From a virus (lineage: Duplodnaviria > Caudoviricetes): DNA of 54,134 nt. The position numbers and the translations under genes were made by a program. The notes under the pieces are model-generated. The model ran no database searches. It was not told the origin of the DNA and saw only the letters and a list, made by a program, of their open reading frames with translations. Positions 19,730-28,400 of the stretch are shown in pieces. The stretch spans positions 1 to 54,134 of IMG/VR virus record IMGVR_UViG_3300025663_000097; one strand, written 5' to 3'. Each line of letters begins with the position of its first letter. Positions within the stretch are counted from its first letter, which is position 1.

Positions 19730-19921
19730 ATGACAGTAAAATATAACTTAGAAAATGTTAATCCAGATTTATACGACGAGCTAGACGACCTTGCTATGGA
19801 GACAGTAGGGTTCCTTGAAAAACAACTAGCAGAAAAGATGGTAGCAGTAGATGATGCTACACTAGAAGAGTTATATGACAATATTAGAGTAAAAATAATC
19901 AATTCAGTGCTTGACCAATAA
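19730..19921 (+). CDS. Small acidic early protein
   Basis: 63 aa from ATG 19730, directly behind promoter. Confidence 0.65.
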   Translation: MTVKYNLENVNPDLYDELDDLAMETVGFLEKQLAEKMVAVDDATLEELYDNIRVKIINSVLDQ

Positions 19922-19939
19922 ATCCAAAACTGCTATAAT
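19911..19939 (+). promoter_or_regulatory. Early sigma70-type promoter
   Basis: TTGACC-17-TATAAT with TG extended -10. Confidence 0.8.
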
Positions 19940-19980
19940 GTTTTTAAGTTAGAAATTAATCATTTACGGGGGTAGATAAC

Positions 19981-20787
19981 ATGGTAGCTAAGGCAATTAA
20001 ATTCACAAAAGAAACAGACGATCAAATTATTGAACGTATCAGTAAGCGTTTTAATATTCTTGATCAGATGACTAAAGCCTGCATCAACGGTGATGTAAGA
20101 GCTATGATCGTAGTAGGCCCTCCGGGTGTAGGTAAGTCATACGGTGTTGAACAACAGCTTGACAAGGCTAATGTATTCACTGAACTAAGTTCAATACCTA
20201 AAACATTTGATGTGGTGAAAGGTGCTATGTCAGCTATTGGACTATACACTAAACTATTCAACTACAAAGAAAAAGACAATGTTATAGTATTTGATGATTG
20301 TGATTCAGTGCTACAAGATGAGCTGTCGTTGAATATATTAAAGGCCGCACTTGATAGTAAGAAGACTCGTAAAATATGTTGGAACACTGATTCATATAAG
20401 TTACGTAATGAAGGTGTACCTGATGAGTTTGAGTTTAAAGGTTCAGCAATCTTTATTACTAACATCAAGTTTGACAATATTAGAAGTAAAAAACTTAAAG
20501 ATCATTTAGAAGCTGTGCAGTCAAGATGTCACTACTTAGATCTTACACTTGACACTGTGCGTGATAAATTATTACGTATCAAACAGATTGCTGGCACAGG
20601 TGCTCTGTTTCAAGACTATGATTTCTCAGGACACGAAGTTGACGAAATGTTAAACTTTATGACTGATAACCAAGATAACTTAAATGAACTAAGCCTGCGT
20701 ATGGCACTTAAAATAGGCGACCTTAGAAAAGTTTCACCAGTTAGTTGGCGTGAAATGGCTGAGGTTACTTGTATGAAACGCAGATAG
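19981..20787 (+). CDS. AAA+-type P-loop ATPase
   Basis: GPPGVGKS Walker A, IVFDDCD Walker B, FITN sensor 1, SRC. Confidence 0.85.
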   Translation: MVAKAIKFTKETDDQIIERISKRFNILDQMTKACINGDVRAMIVVGPPGVGKSYGVEQQLDKANVFTELSSIPKTFDVVKGAMSAIGLYTKLFNYKEKDNVIVFDDCDSVLQDELSLNILKAALDSKKTRKICWNTDSYKLRNEGVPDEFEFKGSAIFITNIKFDNIRSKKLKDHLEAVQSRCHYLDLTLDTVRDKLLRIKQIAGTGALFQDYDFSGHEVDEMLNFMTDNQDNLNELSLRMALKIGDLRKVSPVSWREMAEVTCMKRR

Positions 20788-20805
20788 TTCTTTTTGTTAT
20801 TCATA

Positions 20806-20850
20806 AAAGGGTGTTGTTGGTTGACACCCTTTCTCCTTTTAGTATATACT
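20806..20850 (+). promoter_or_regulatory. Terminator-like hairpin overlapping the sigma70 promoter for uvsW
   Basis: aaagggtgtt...gacacccttt stem; TTGACA(20821)-18-TATACT. Confidence 0.6.
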
Positions 20851-20857
20851 ACATATT

Positions 20858-22315
20858 ATGAAACAAGCATTATTACATATTAAAGATGAAGTCAACGTAA
20901 AAATTGAAGGACTTGATTTAGATGTTCGCAAAAAATTAGTGGACATGTTTAAATTTGAGATTCCAGGTGCTCGCTATATGCCCGCAGTTAGATTAGGCAG
21001 ATGGGACGGCAAAGTAGGTTACTTTCAATTAGGTGGCAGTACATATATCAATCTACTAGATCAAATACTACCAGTCCTTGAACAATATAACTATGACGTT
21101 GATCTTGAAGACTATCGAGACTATGAAAGACAGTTTGAATTTACTCAGGTTACCGAAGATACATATAGTCATTTAACCTGGCCTGAAGGACATCCAATAG
21201 CAGGCGAACCAATTGTATTAAGAGATTATCAGGTTGAACTTATAAACAAGTTTTTAGCTAATCCACAATGCCTTCAAGAAATAGCAACAGGCGCAGGCAA
21301 AACGTTGATCACAGCTTCATTGAGTTCTTGTTGTGAGCCACATGGAAGAACTATTGTTATAGTACCAAATAAAAGTTTAGTTACACAAACAGAAGCTGAC
21401 TATCTCAATATGGGATTAGACGTGGGCGTTTACTTTGGAGATAGAAAAGAGTTCGGACGTACACATACTATATGTACTTGGCAAAGTCTTAATATCCTAC
21501 TCAAAGGATCAAGAAACCAATCAGTGGACATAACAATAGATGAGTTTATTCAAGATGTTGTCTGTGTTATGGTTGACGAAGTACACATGGCCAAAGCAGA
21601 CGCATTAAAAACTTTGTTAACAGGAGTTATGAGTCAAATACCTATACGTTGGGGACTAACAGGAACTATGCCCAAAGAAGAATATGAACGTATGAGTCTT
21701 AAATGTAGTATAGGTGATGTGATAGGAAAGTTATCAGCTAATGAATTACAGCAAGAAGGAGTGCTGGCTAACTGTCATGTAAATATTGCTCAACTAGTTG
21801 ACCATGCAGAATATAACGGATATCAAGAAGAATTGAAATATTTGTTAGGTAACGAGGATCGATTAGAATATATAAGCAAGTTAATTACTAAAATTAAAGC
21901 TAGTGGTAATACGTTAGTGTTGGTAGATAGAATAGCACCAGGTAAGATGCTTGAGGAATTGATTCCAAATTCGGTGTTTGTATCAGGAGCAACTAAAGCA
22001 CAAGCAAGGAAAGACGAATATGACGAAATTGCAACTATGGACGGTAAGGTTATTATTGCTACTTACGGTGTGGCCGCTGTGGGCATTAATATACCTAGAA
22101 TTTTCAACCTCATCCTCATCGAACCTGGCAAGAGCTTCGTCAGAGTTATCCAGTCGATCGGTAGAGGTATCAGAAAAGCAGAAGATAAAGATTTTGTTCA
22201 AATCTGGGATATAACATCTACCTGCAAATTTGCTAAAAGACATTTAACAACACGCAAGAAGTTTTACAGAGAAGCCAACTATCCATTTGAAGTTGATAAA
22301 ATAGAATGGAAATAA
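20858..22315 (+). CDS. uvsW: SF2 DNA helicase UvsW
   Basis: LRDYQ, ATGAGKT, DEVH, GLTGT, QSIGRGIR. Confidence 0.95.
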   Translation: MKQALLHIKDEVNVKIEGLDLDVRKKLVDMFKFEIPGARYMPAVRLGRWDGKVGYFQLGGSTYINLLDQILPVLEQYNYDVDLEDYRDYERQFEFTQVTEDTYSHLTWPEGHPIAGEPIVLRDYQVELINKFLANPQCLQEIATGAGKTLITASLSSCCEPHGRTIVIVPNKSLVTQTEADYLNMGLDVGVYFGDRKEFGRTHTICTWQSLNILLKGSRNQSVDITIDEFIQDVVCVMVDEVHMAKADALKTLLTGVMSQIPIRWGLTGTMPKEEYERMSLKCSIGDVIGKLSANELQQEGVLANCHVNIAQLVDHAEYNGYQEELKYLLGNEDRLEYISKLITKIKASGNTLVLVDRIAPGKMLEELIPNSVFVSGATKAQARKDEYDEIATMDGKVIIATYGVAAVGINIPRIFNLILIEPGKSFVRVIQSIGRGIRKAEDKDFVQIWDITSTCKFAKRHLTTRKKFYREANYPFEVDKIEWK

Positions 22316-22318
22316 CTG

Positions 22319-22347
22319 TTGACAGACACAACTCAGTCACTTATAAT
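22319..22347 (+). promoter_or_regulatory. sigma70 consensus promoter
   Basis: TTGACA-17-TATAAT. Confidence 0.8.
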
Positions 22348-22356
22348 AAGGGTAAT

Positions 22357-22857
22357 ATGCAAATACTTACATTAGATAATACAAGATACGATCTAGACAC
22401 ACTGCCAGATGAAATAGAAGATATGCGTTTTAGCATATTAGATAATAGAGATCCAACTGATCCTGATTATCATTGGATTCCGTTGATCTTTCTAGAAAGT
22501 TTTAATTCACCAGCACTGGTCTTAAAGATAGGCGAACACACTATTAAAATGCCTGTAGATTGGCAAATATTAATTGGCGAACCTGATGTGGGTGATTTAG
22601 AAGTACTACCATTGACATCAATCAATGACAGAGGATTTAGAGCATTTCAGTTTAATAGTTTAACTGACTTTCGTCCTAGTTTCTTAGACATCGAGATAGT
22701 TGACGTTTATCAAGATGTGTCGTGGTACAGTCCCAAATTAAAGAACGGACAATTATTGGCAGTGCCATTGAACGACGGACCTAAGCCCGAGTGTTGTTAT
22801 TTTGTTAAAGACATTAGTCGTAACTGTGAAATTGTTAATTATCCTTTATCGTTCTAA
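22357..22857 (+). CDS. Hypothetical beta-rich protein (possible inactive Hint fold)
   Basis: ATG 22357 downstream of promoter; alternating beta-strand pattern. Confidence 0.7.
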   Translation: MQILTLDNTRYDLDTLPDEIEDMRFSILDNRDPTDPDYHWIPLIFLESFNSPALVLKIGEHTIKMPVDWQILIGEPDVGDLEVLPLTSINDRGFRAFQFNSLTDFRPSFLDIEIVDVYQDVSWYSPKLKNGQLLAVPLNDGPKPECCYFVKDISRNCEIVNYPLSF

Positions 22858-23330
22858 TGGCTAATACGGATCCACTATATATTGGTAATGAAATGGCGGC
22901 CTTTGATCGTAAAGACAGAGACTACTATGACAAGTTTACTGATGAACAAAAGAAAAAGTTTTCAACATATTTGATGTTGCGTTATGGTGCTAGTGTAGGA
23001 GGTAGTGAGGACTTACAGTCCTATTACTTAATGGCAACTAACAAGTTTGTCAATAAACACTTCTTTGATTTAAACAAACATACAAAACTACAGTGGCTAA
23101 TGTGTACAGCAGTTAGTCCTAACATGGGCAAGCAGTTTCATTATTGGTTAGCGGCTAAAAAGAAAGAAGGTAAATCAACAAACAAAGAAAGAAAAGTAGT
23201 TAGTGAACTATATCCAAATATGAAGTCAGATGAGATTGATATGTTGTTGTCAATGAACGATAAAAAAGCAATTAAATCATATGTAAAAGAGTTAGGATGG
23301 GATGACAAGCGAATTAAAGCAGACTTTTAA
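22857..23330 (+). CDS. Clamp loader small subunit (T4 gp62-like)
   Basis: FSTYLMLRYGAS...ATNKFVN...QWL...FHYWLAAKKK pattern resembles gp62; replication context. Confidence 0.6.
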   Translation: MANTDPLYIGNEMAAFDRKDRDYYDKFTDEQKKKFSTYLMLRYGASVGGSEDLQSYYLMATNKFVNKHFFDLNKHTKLQWLMCTAVSPNMGKQFHYWLAAKKKEGKSTNKERKVVSELYPNMKSDEIDMLLSMNDKKAIKSYVKELGWDDKRIKADF

Positions 23331-23994
23331 ATGTAATTATTGTGAAAGATCATTTGCTAGAGAAAGTACACTAGCAGTGCATGTCTGTGAACAAAAGAAA
23401 CGCTTTCAACATAAAGATGACCCTGCAAGTCGTATGGCATTTCAGAGTTATATAAAGTTCTATGAGATTGCACAAGGTTCAGCTAAATCAAAAACATTTG
23501 ACGACTTTGCTACATCAGCATACTATAAAGCATTTATAAAATTTGCTAATTATTGTGTCAATGCTAGAGTTATTAACACTATTAGATTTACTGAATGGTT
23601 ATTGAAAAATAACAAGCGTATAGATTATTGGGGTAGTGATAAAATATATGACGAGTTTCTTAAAGAATATATCTACAGAGAAAACGCAACAGACGCATTA
23701 ACCAGAGCATTAGAAACATCACTTGACTGGAGTGAAGAAGCCGGAGCACCAAGTGAAGACTTCTTACGTCACGGTAACACTAATAAACTTTGTCAGTATA
23801 TATCTTCGGGTAAGTTAACAGGATGGACTATATTTAATTGCCCAACAGGGCACGACTTGTTAGAAAACTTAAATCAAGAACAGATAGCCATGGTCTATGA
23901 CTTTATTAATCCTGATCGTTGGAGCAAGATACTGCGAGACTATCCAGGAGACACAGAGTACATGAAAGAAATGTTAGGAAAAGCAGGATGGTAA
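23302..23994 (+). CDS. Zinc-finger (C2HC) hypothetical protein
   Basis: CNYCERSFARESTLAVHVC. Confidence 0.75.
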   Translation: MTSELKQTFKCNYCERSFARESTLAVHVCEQKKRFQHKDDPASRMAFQSYIKFYEIAQGSAKSKTFDDFATSAYYKAFIKFANYCVNARVINTIRFTEWLLKNNKRIDYWGSDKIYDEFLKEYIYRENATDALTRALETSLDWSEEAGAPSEDFLRHGNTNKLCQYISSGKLTGWTIFNCPTGHDLLENLNQEQIAMVYDFINPDRWSKILRDYPGDTEYMKEMLGKAGW

Positions 23995-24575
23995 AATATT
24001 CAACAGACGTAGACATAGACTTTGCAGATAGAGATGACGCACTGAAATTAGTTAAACATACTAATGCGATGCAGAAGAATGAACAAGGCATACGTCGACA
24101 CAACTCAGGTGTGTATGTAACAGATATACCTTATAACCCACTAACAGATACAGCAAGTATAGATTATCAATCAGCAGAACAACGTGGTTACTTTAAGTTA
24201 GACTTTCTTAATGTTAATATCTACAAGTTAATTCGTGATCAAAAACACTATGATGAACTAATGGCTAAAGAAACACCGTGGCATAGATTAAAAGATAGAA
24301 CATTCTTTGAGCAGGTTATACACATTGGTAATCATTTTGATCTATTAGGTAATTTAGAAATAGACACAATACCAAGAATGTCAATGTTTCTAGCTCTGAT
24401 TAGACCAGGTAAAAGACATTTACTAGGCAAGACCTGGAAAGAAATTTCAAAAGATATCTGGACACAAACAGAAGATCAATACTTCTTTAAAAAGTCACAT
24501 TCAGTTTCTTACGCTGTATTAGTATCATTACATATGAAGTTATTAGATGAAAGTTTACATACACGAGAGCAGTAG
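23988..24575 (+). CDS. dnaE: Minimal DNA polymerase III alpha (family C)-like catalytic core, 195 aa
   Basis: DVDIDF, HNSGVYV, GYFKLDFLN, LALIRPG, YFFKKSHSVSYA in DnaE order. Confidence 0.82.
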   Translation: MVKYSTDVDIDFADRDDALKLVKHTNAMQKNEQGIRRHNSGVYVTDIPYNPLTDTASIDYQSAEQRGYFKLDFLNVNIYKLIRDQKHYDELMAKETPWHRLKDRTFFEQVIHIGNHFDLLGNLEIDTIPRMSMFLALIRPGKRHLLGKTWKEISKDIWTQTEDQYFFKKSHSVSYAVLVSLHMKLLDESLHTREQ

Positions 24576-25566
24576 ACTCAAAGGCATTTACGATCATGCC
24601 GACGAGTATACCACAGCTGAACTACCTACACTTCCTAGTGACTCAATAAAAATAATTCCAGTATCTACATACTGTAAAGAAAGTCGCGAACATATAGAAT
24701 ATATTAAGCACACAAGCGAACACATTATACTAGAGAATTGCGTAGAGGGGTCTAGTACGCTTTTAAGACACCTAGATGTTGATGGTTTATTAAGGCCAGC
24801 ACTTGCTAAAAAGTTTAGTATTATATGCTCAGGAGAGATGCCAGAGCAAATGAATTCATTGAACATCGAATACTTGATGTATCTAACAGGATGTAGCAAT
24901 CAGGATCTAAAACATCTAATGATCCGTACTGAAGAAAGACCCTATACATTTCAATTTCTTAACAACAGAGTACGTCAACATAGAAGTAAATTAATTGAAG
25001 ACTTAGGTCAACGCAACTTATTACAAGATGCCCTATGGTCAAATCATAATATGGGAGAGAAAAAAGAAGGACATCAATTACCTAACGGATATGACGACAG
25101 CGGTACTAACTCTGCTAGTTTAATATCTTGGGATAAATGGAAAGCAGGAAAGATTGTGACAGATCAATATACTGACTCATACTTTTCAGTGTTTGCTGAA
25201 AGTACGGTATTACATAGATATGCTTTTATAACTGAGAAAACTTGGAAACCAATCATTGCTGGACACAGCTTTTTAGCATTAGCAAGTGAAAATCACTATG
25301 ATAGATTACATCAACTAGGATTCAAAACATTTAACGGAGTCATCGACGAAAGCTTTGTGTCTTCAGACAATTGGGAAGACAGAGAAAAACAAATAGTTAA
25401 AGAAGTTGAAAGGCTGATTGCGTTAGATCTTGATCAAGTAGTTAGAGACAGTCAGAAGACTTTAGATTATAATATTAATCATTTCTGGAAGTTATGGGAA
25501 AACTATTCTGAAGATACTATTGAAAAACTTAATAAGTTTATCGATCTACTCTACGTACAAGTGTAA
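24547..25566 (+). CDS. TEKT-family putative glycosyltransferase paralog A
   Basis: FLNNRVRQHR, FITEKTWKPIIAGHSF, LGFKTFNGVIDESF. Confidence 0.55.
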   Translation: MKVYIHESSRLKGIYDHADEYTTAELPTLPSDSIKIIPVSTYCKESREHIEYIKHTSEHIILENCVEGSSTLLRHLDVDGLLRPALAKKFSIICSGEMPEQMNSLNIEYLMYLTGCSNQDLKHLMIRTEERPYTFQFLNNRVRQHRSKLIEDLGQRNLLQDALWSNHNMGEKKEGHQLPNGYDDSGTNSASLISWDKWKAGKIVTDQYTDSYFSVFAESTVLHRYAFITEKTWKPIIAGHSFLALASENHYDRLHQLGFKTFNGVIDESFVSSDNWEDREKQIVKEVERLIALDLDQVVRDSQKTLDYNINHFWKLWENYSEDTIEKLNKFIDLLYVQV

Positions 25567-25918
25567 TTGATTTTTTCTTCGTTCGTTTTTTTGCTAGGTT
25601 ACTAAGACTAATTGTTGGGCCTGAAAGTATTTCAACATCTTTATTAACAAATGTCTGTAGGTAAGGTCTAAACTGTGCCCATTCTTCACGTAAAAATATA
25701 TTAATAGGAATAGTTCTATTAGACTCCCACCACCATACATTAGCAAGCTCTAAGAAACGTTGTTTAAGCTTTATGTCAACAATACGCCCAAAGTCGTAAA
25801 GAGTAGTGACAGTAGCGTCTCGATTCTGCACAATACCAACATATTCTGCGCCGGCGTAATATACTACTGTGACAAATGGATATTTGTCTGTTAACTCTTT
25901 AAAAAATTCACTGCTCAT
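25538..25918 (-). CDS. Hypothetical protein
   Basis: 126 aa occupying the gap; WWWESNRTIPINIFL; basic C-terminus. Confidence 0.75.
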   Translation of the reverse strand: MSSEFFKELTDKYPFVTVVYYAGAEYVGIVQNRDATVTTLYDFGRIVDIKLKQRFLELANVWWWESNRTIPINIFLREEWAQFRPYLQTFVNKDVEILSGPTISLSNLAKKRTKKKSITLVRRVDR

Positions 25919-25931
25919 TTATCGATAAATA
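25917..25931. promoter_or_regulatory. 14-bp palindrome ATTTATCGATAAAT overlapping a late box between divergent genes
   Basis: Perfect palindrome 25917-25930; TAAATA 25926-25931. Confidence 0.6.
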
Positions 25932-25937
25932 CTCTAT

Positions 25938-26693
25938 ATGTTTACAACTCAAGTCTATTTATATAAGCAAAAGCACCAGGTGGTATTACGTGACACCACT
26001 CAGGCCCTAACATCAATGAGGTATAATCCCGTGTACGCAAAAAATTTAAAATTACACAAAGGCACAGACAATGTGCTAGTGTTTACATTCGTTAATCAGG
26101 ATCAAAAACCTGTTAATAATTCTACAGCAACTTTTACATTCAGGTTAATTAATAGAGAAGGCAATGATTTAATTCTTGCAAAAACAATGACTGCGATCGA
26201 TGCTACTAAAGGTACTGCGTCAGTTACTGTTACAGAACAAGACTTAGATGCAGTAGATATACAAAAAGCACACTATTCAATTGAACGCAGTTTGTCAACT
26301 AGTGATCTTAACGATGCAGTGTTTGTTGATGATCATCTTGGCGGCAGAGGAGTTGTTGAAATATTAGATTCAATTATGCCAGAGCATACTGAAAGTCAAA
26401 CAGTTACTATTCCAGACTTTTTAGACAGCGAAGGTGAAACTACACACTATTCAAGTGAATGGCAAGGAACAAATGATTTACAAACCTTACAATACAAACT
26501 TAATGCCTTTACTGGTAACATACAAGTTGAAGGAGCAACATCCGACGATGAACTATGGTATAACTTAGGCAGTGAAGTTTCTTTATCATCATCTAGCTCA
26601 ACCGGATATATAAACATATCAGGCTATCACCCATACCTTAGATTACGTATTGAGGAAACAAGTGGTAGTGTTTCAGAACTAAAAGTTAGATAA
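25938..26693 (+). CDS. Late beta-rich virion protein (BppU-N-like)
   Basis: LKLHKGTDNVLVFTFVNQDQKPVN; late box. Confidence 0.55.
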   Translation: MFTTQVYLYKQKHQVVLRDTTQALTSMRYNPVYAKNLKLHKGTDNVLVFTFVNQDQKPVNNSTATFTFRLINREGNDLILAKTMTAIDATKGTASVTVTEQDLDAVDIQKAHYSIERSLSTSDLNDAVFVDDHLGGRGVVEILDSIMPEHTESQTVTIPDFLDSEGETTHYSSEWQGTNDLQTLQYKLNAFTGNIQVEGATSDDELWYNLGSEVSLSSSSSTGYINISGYHPYLRLRIEETSGSVSELKVR

Positions 26694-26694
26694 A

Positions 26695-27414
26695 TTGAAT
26701 ATAAAAAAATTAGCAGTATTTGGTGACAGTTGGGTATACGGCGACGAGCTAATAGACCCTGCACTTGAAACTCAGGAATGCTGTTCACATCTCAACAACA
26801 ATTATAGACTAAGTCATAGCTTTAGTGGACTTCTAGCAAAAGAACTTGGTGTACATTACGAAAACTACGGCCACCCTGGCGGTAGCTTACAGAGTGCTAT
26901 TTGGACATTCCTTTGGTTTTTAGAAAATACAGATTGGAGTGACACGGTCTGCATCGTTGGATTGACAGGTTCAGATAGACAAAGTTGGTTTAATCCAGAA
27001 CACGAGCATATGGGAAACGATGATCCTGAGTGGAACAAGCTTATACATTCTACTTGGGTAAACTTTGGTAGTGACGTTGTTCCTAAAGTGTGGCAAGATT
27101 TTGGCAAACAGTATCTTACACTAAGTCATGATGATCAACTATCAAAATATAACTATCAACAGGCAGTTTACTTTTTTGACGGCATAGCTAAAACTAAAAA
27201 CATTCCATTAGTACAGTTTAACTTATATGATCCAGGCACGGTGATCAATGGCTGTGACACACTATTATGGCCTGAACAGAATATGCAGAAACGACTGTTA
27301 GACAGACCAGACGTTAAACAAATATACGCACCAGGAAAGCACCCAAATGAACTTGGTCACCAAATTATATCAAAAGAGTTGTTACCCAAAGTAAATGATG
27401 CTATACTAACTTAA
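26695..27414 (+). CDS. SGNH/GDSL-like hydrolase or acyltransferase
   Basis: FGDSWVYG block I, NYGHPGGS block II, HPNELGHQ block V; TTG start. Confidence 0.75.
   Translation: MNIKKLAVFGDSWVYGDELIDPALETQECCSHLNNNYRLSHSFSGLLAKELGVHYENYGHPGGSLQSAIWTFLWFLENTDWSDTVCIVGLTGSDRQSWFNPEHEHMGNDDPEWNKLIHSTWVNFGSDVVPKVWQDFGKQYLTLSHDDQLSKYNYQQAVYFFDGIAKTKNIPLVQFNLYDPGTVINGCDTLLWPEQNMQKRLLDRPDVKQIYAPGKHPNELGHQIISKELLPKVNDAILT
27379..27407 (+). promoter_or_regulatory. sigma70-type promoter for primase
   Basis: TTGTTA-17-TATACT with TG extended -10; ATG 6 nt downstream. Confidence 0.55.
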
Positions 27415-28385
27415 TGTTAGACATTACGACTGTTATACCTACTAAACACAAACGCACAGCCGGAGGTTGGGTATCGTTTAATGCTGTCTGCTGTGAACAT
27501 AATGGTGAAAATAGAGACAAAAGACAGCGTGGTGGTATCAAACAGAATGGAGATGATTGGTCGTATCACTGTTTCAACTGTGGATACAAAGCAAGTTTTA
27601 AACTAGGTCGTACATTAAGTTTTAAAGTGCGTAAGCTGTTAGGTTGGATGGGCTTAGATCAGAATCAAATATCTGGTATAAACTTAGAAAGTCTAAGACA
27701 TAAAGATCTAGCAGAACTAGCAAAAACAAGAAAGAGTGTAGAAGTTAAAGTTACATTTGAACGTAAAGACTTACCCAATGAGCTACGCTTGTTAAAAACT
27801 AGTGATAGCAAATATATAGAATATCTGCGTGATAGAAAGATTGATTGGCAGGATTATCCTTATATGATATCACCAGATGAGAAAGGACGCAACGCAAATC
27901 GTATAGTAGTTCCATATACATTTGAAGGTGATGTAGTAGGATGGTCAGCACGTTATTTAGATAATCGTATTCCTAAGTTTATCAATGAACAGCAACCAGG
28001 ATATGTGTTTGGATTAGACTTACAACAGGAACATTGGACACAGTTGATTGTAGTAGAAGGATTGTTTGACGCACTCAGTGTTAATGGTGTAGCTGTATTA
28101 CATAACACAGTCAATGACAAACAAGCACAGATTATTAAACAACAACGTAAGCAAGTAACAGTGGTACCAGATCAAGATGAAGCTGGGCTAAAACTAATTG
28201 ATCGTGCTGTTGAACTAGGATGGGCAGTAAGTATTCCGGACTGGCCTGAACACATCAAAGATGTTAATGATGCTGTAAAACATTATGGTAAATTGGGTAC
28301 ATTGATAACTATTATGAACACTAGAGAAACTAGTAAAATTAAGATAGAATTGGCTAAAAGAAAACTTGTTAAAAAAGTCAAATAA
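27414..28385 (+). CDS. 61: DNA primase (T4 gp61-like)
   Basis: Zn ribbon CC..HCFNC, TOPRIM VVEGLFDAL, PDQDEAG, KDVNDA. Confidence 0.92.
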   Translation: MLDITTVIPTKHKRTAGGWVSFNAVCCEHNGENRDKRQRGGIKQNGDDWSYHCFNCGYKASFKLGRTLSFKVRKLLGWMGLDQNQISGINLESLRHKDLAELAKTRKSVEVKVTFERKDLPNELRLLKTSDSKYIEYLRDRKIDWQDYPYMISPDEKGRNANRIVVPYTFEGDVVGWSARYLDNRIPKFINEQQPGYVFGLDLQQEHWTQLIVVEGLFDALSVNGVAVLHNTVNDKQAQIIKQQRKQVTVVPDQDEAGLKLIDRAVELGWAVSIPDWPEHIKDVNDAVKHYGKLGTLITIMNTRETSKIKIELAKRKLVKKVK

Positions 28386-28400
28386 AGTATAATTAAACAT

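Noticed and set aside
23988-24575. dnaE pseudogene fragment
   Set aside because: Motifs from across the palm and fingers are all kept in one frame with clean internal shortening, unlike a truncated remnant
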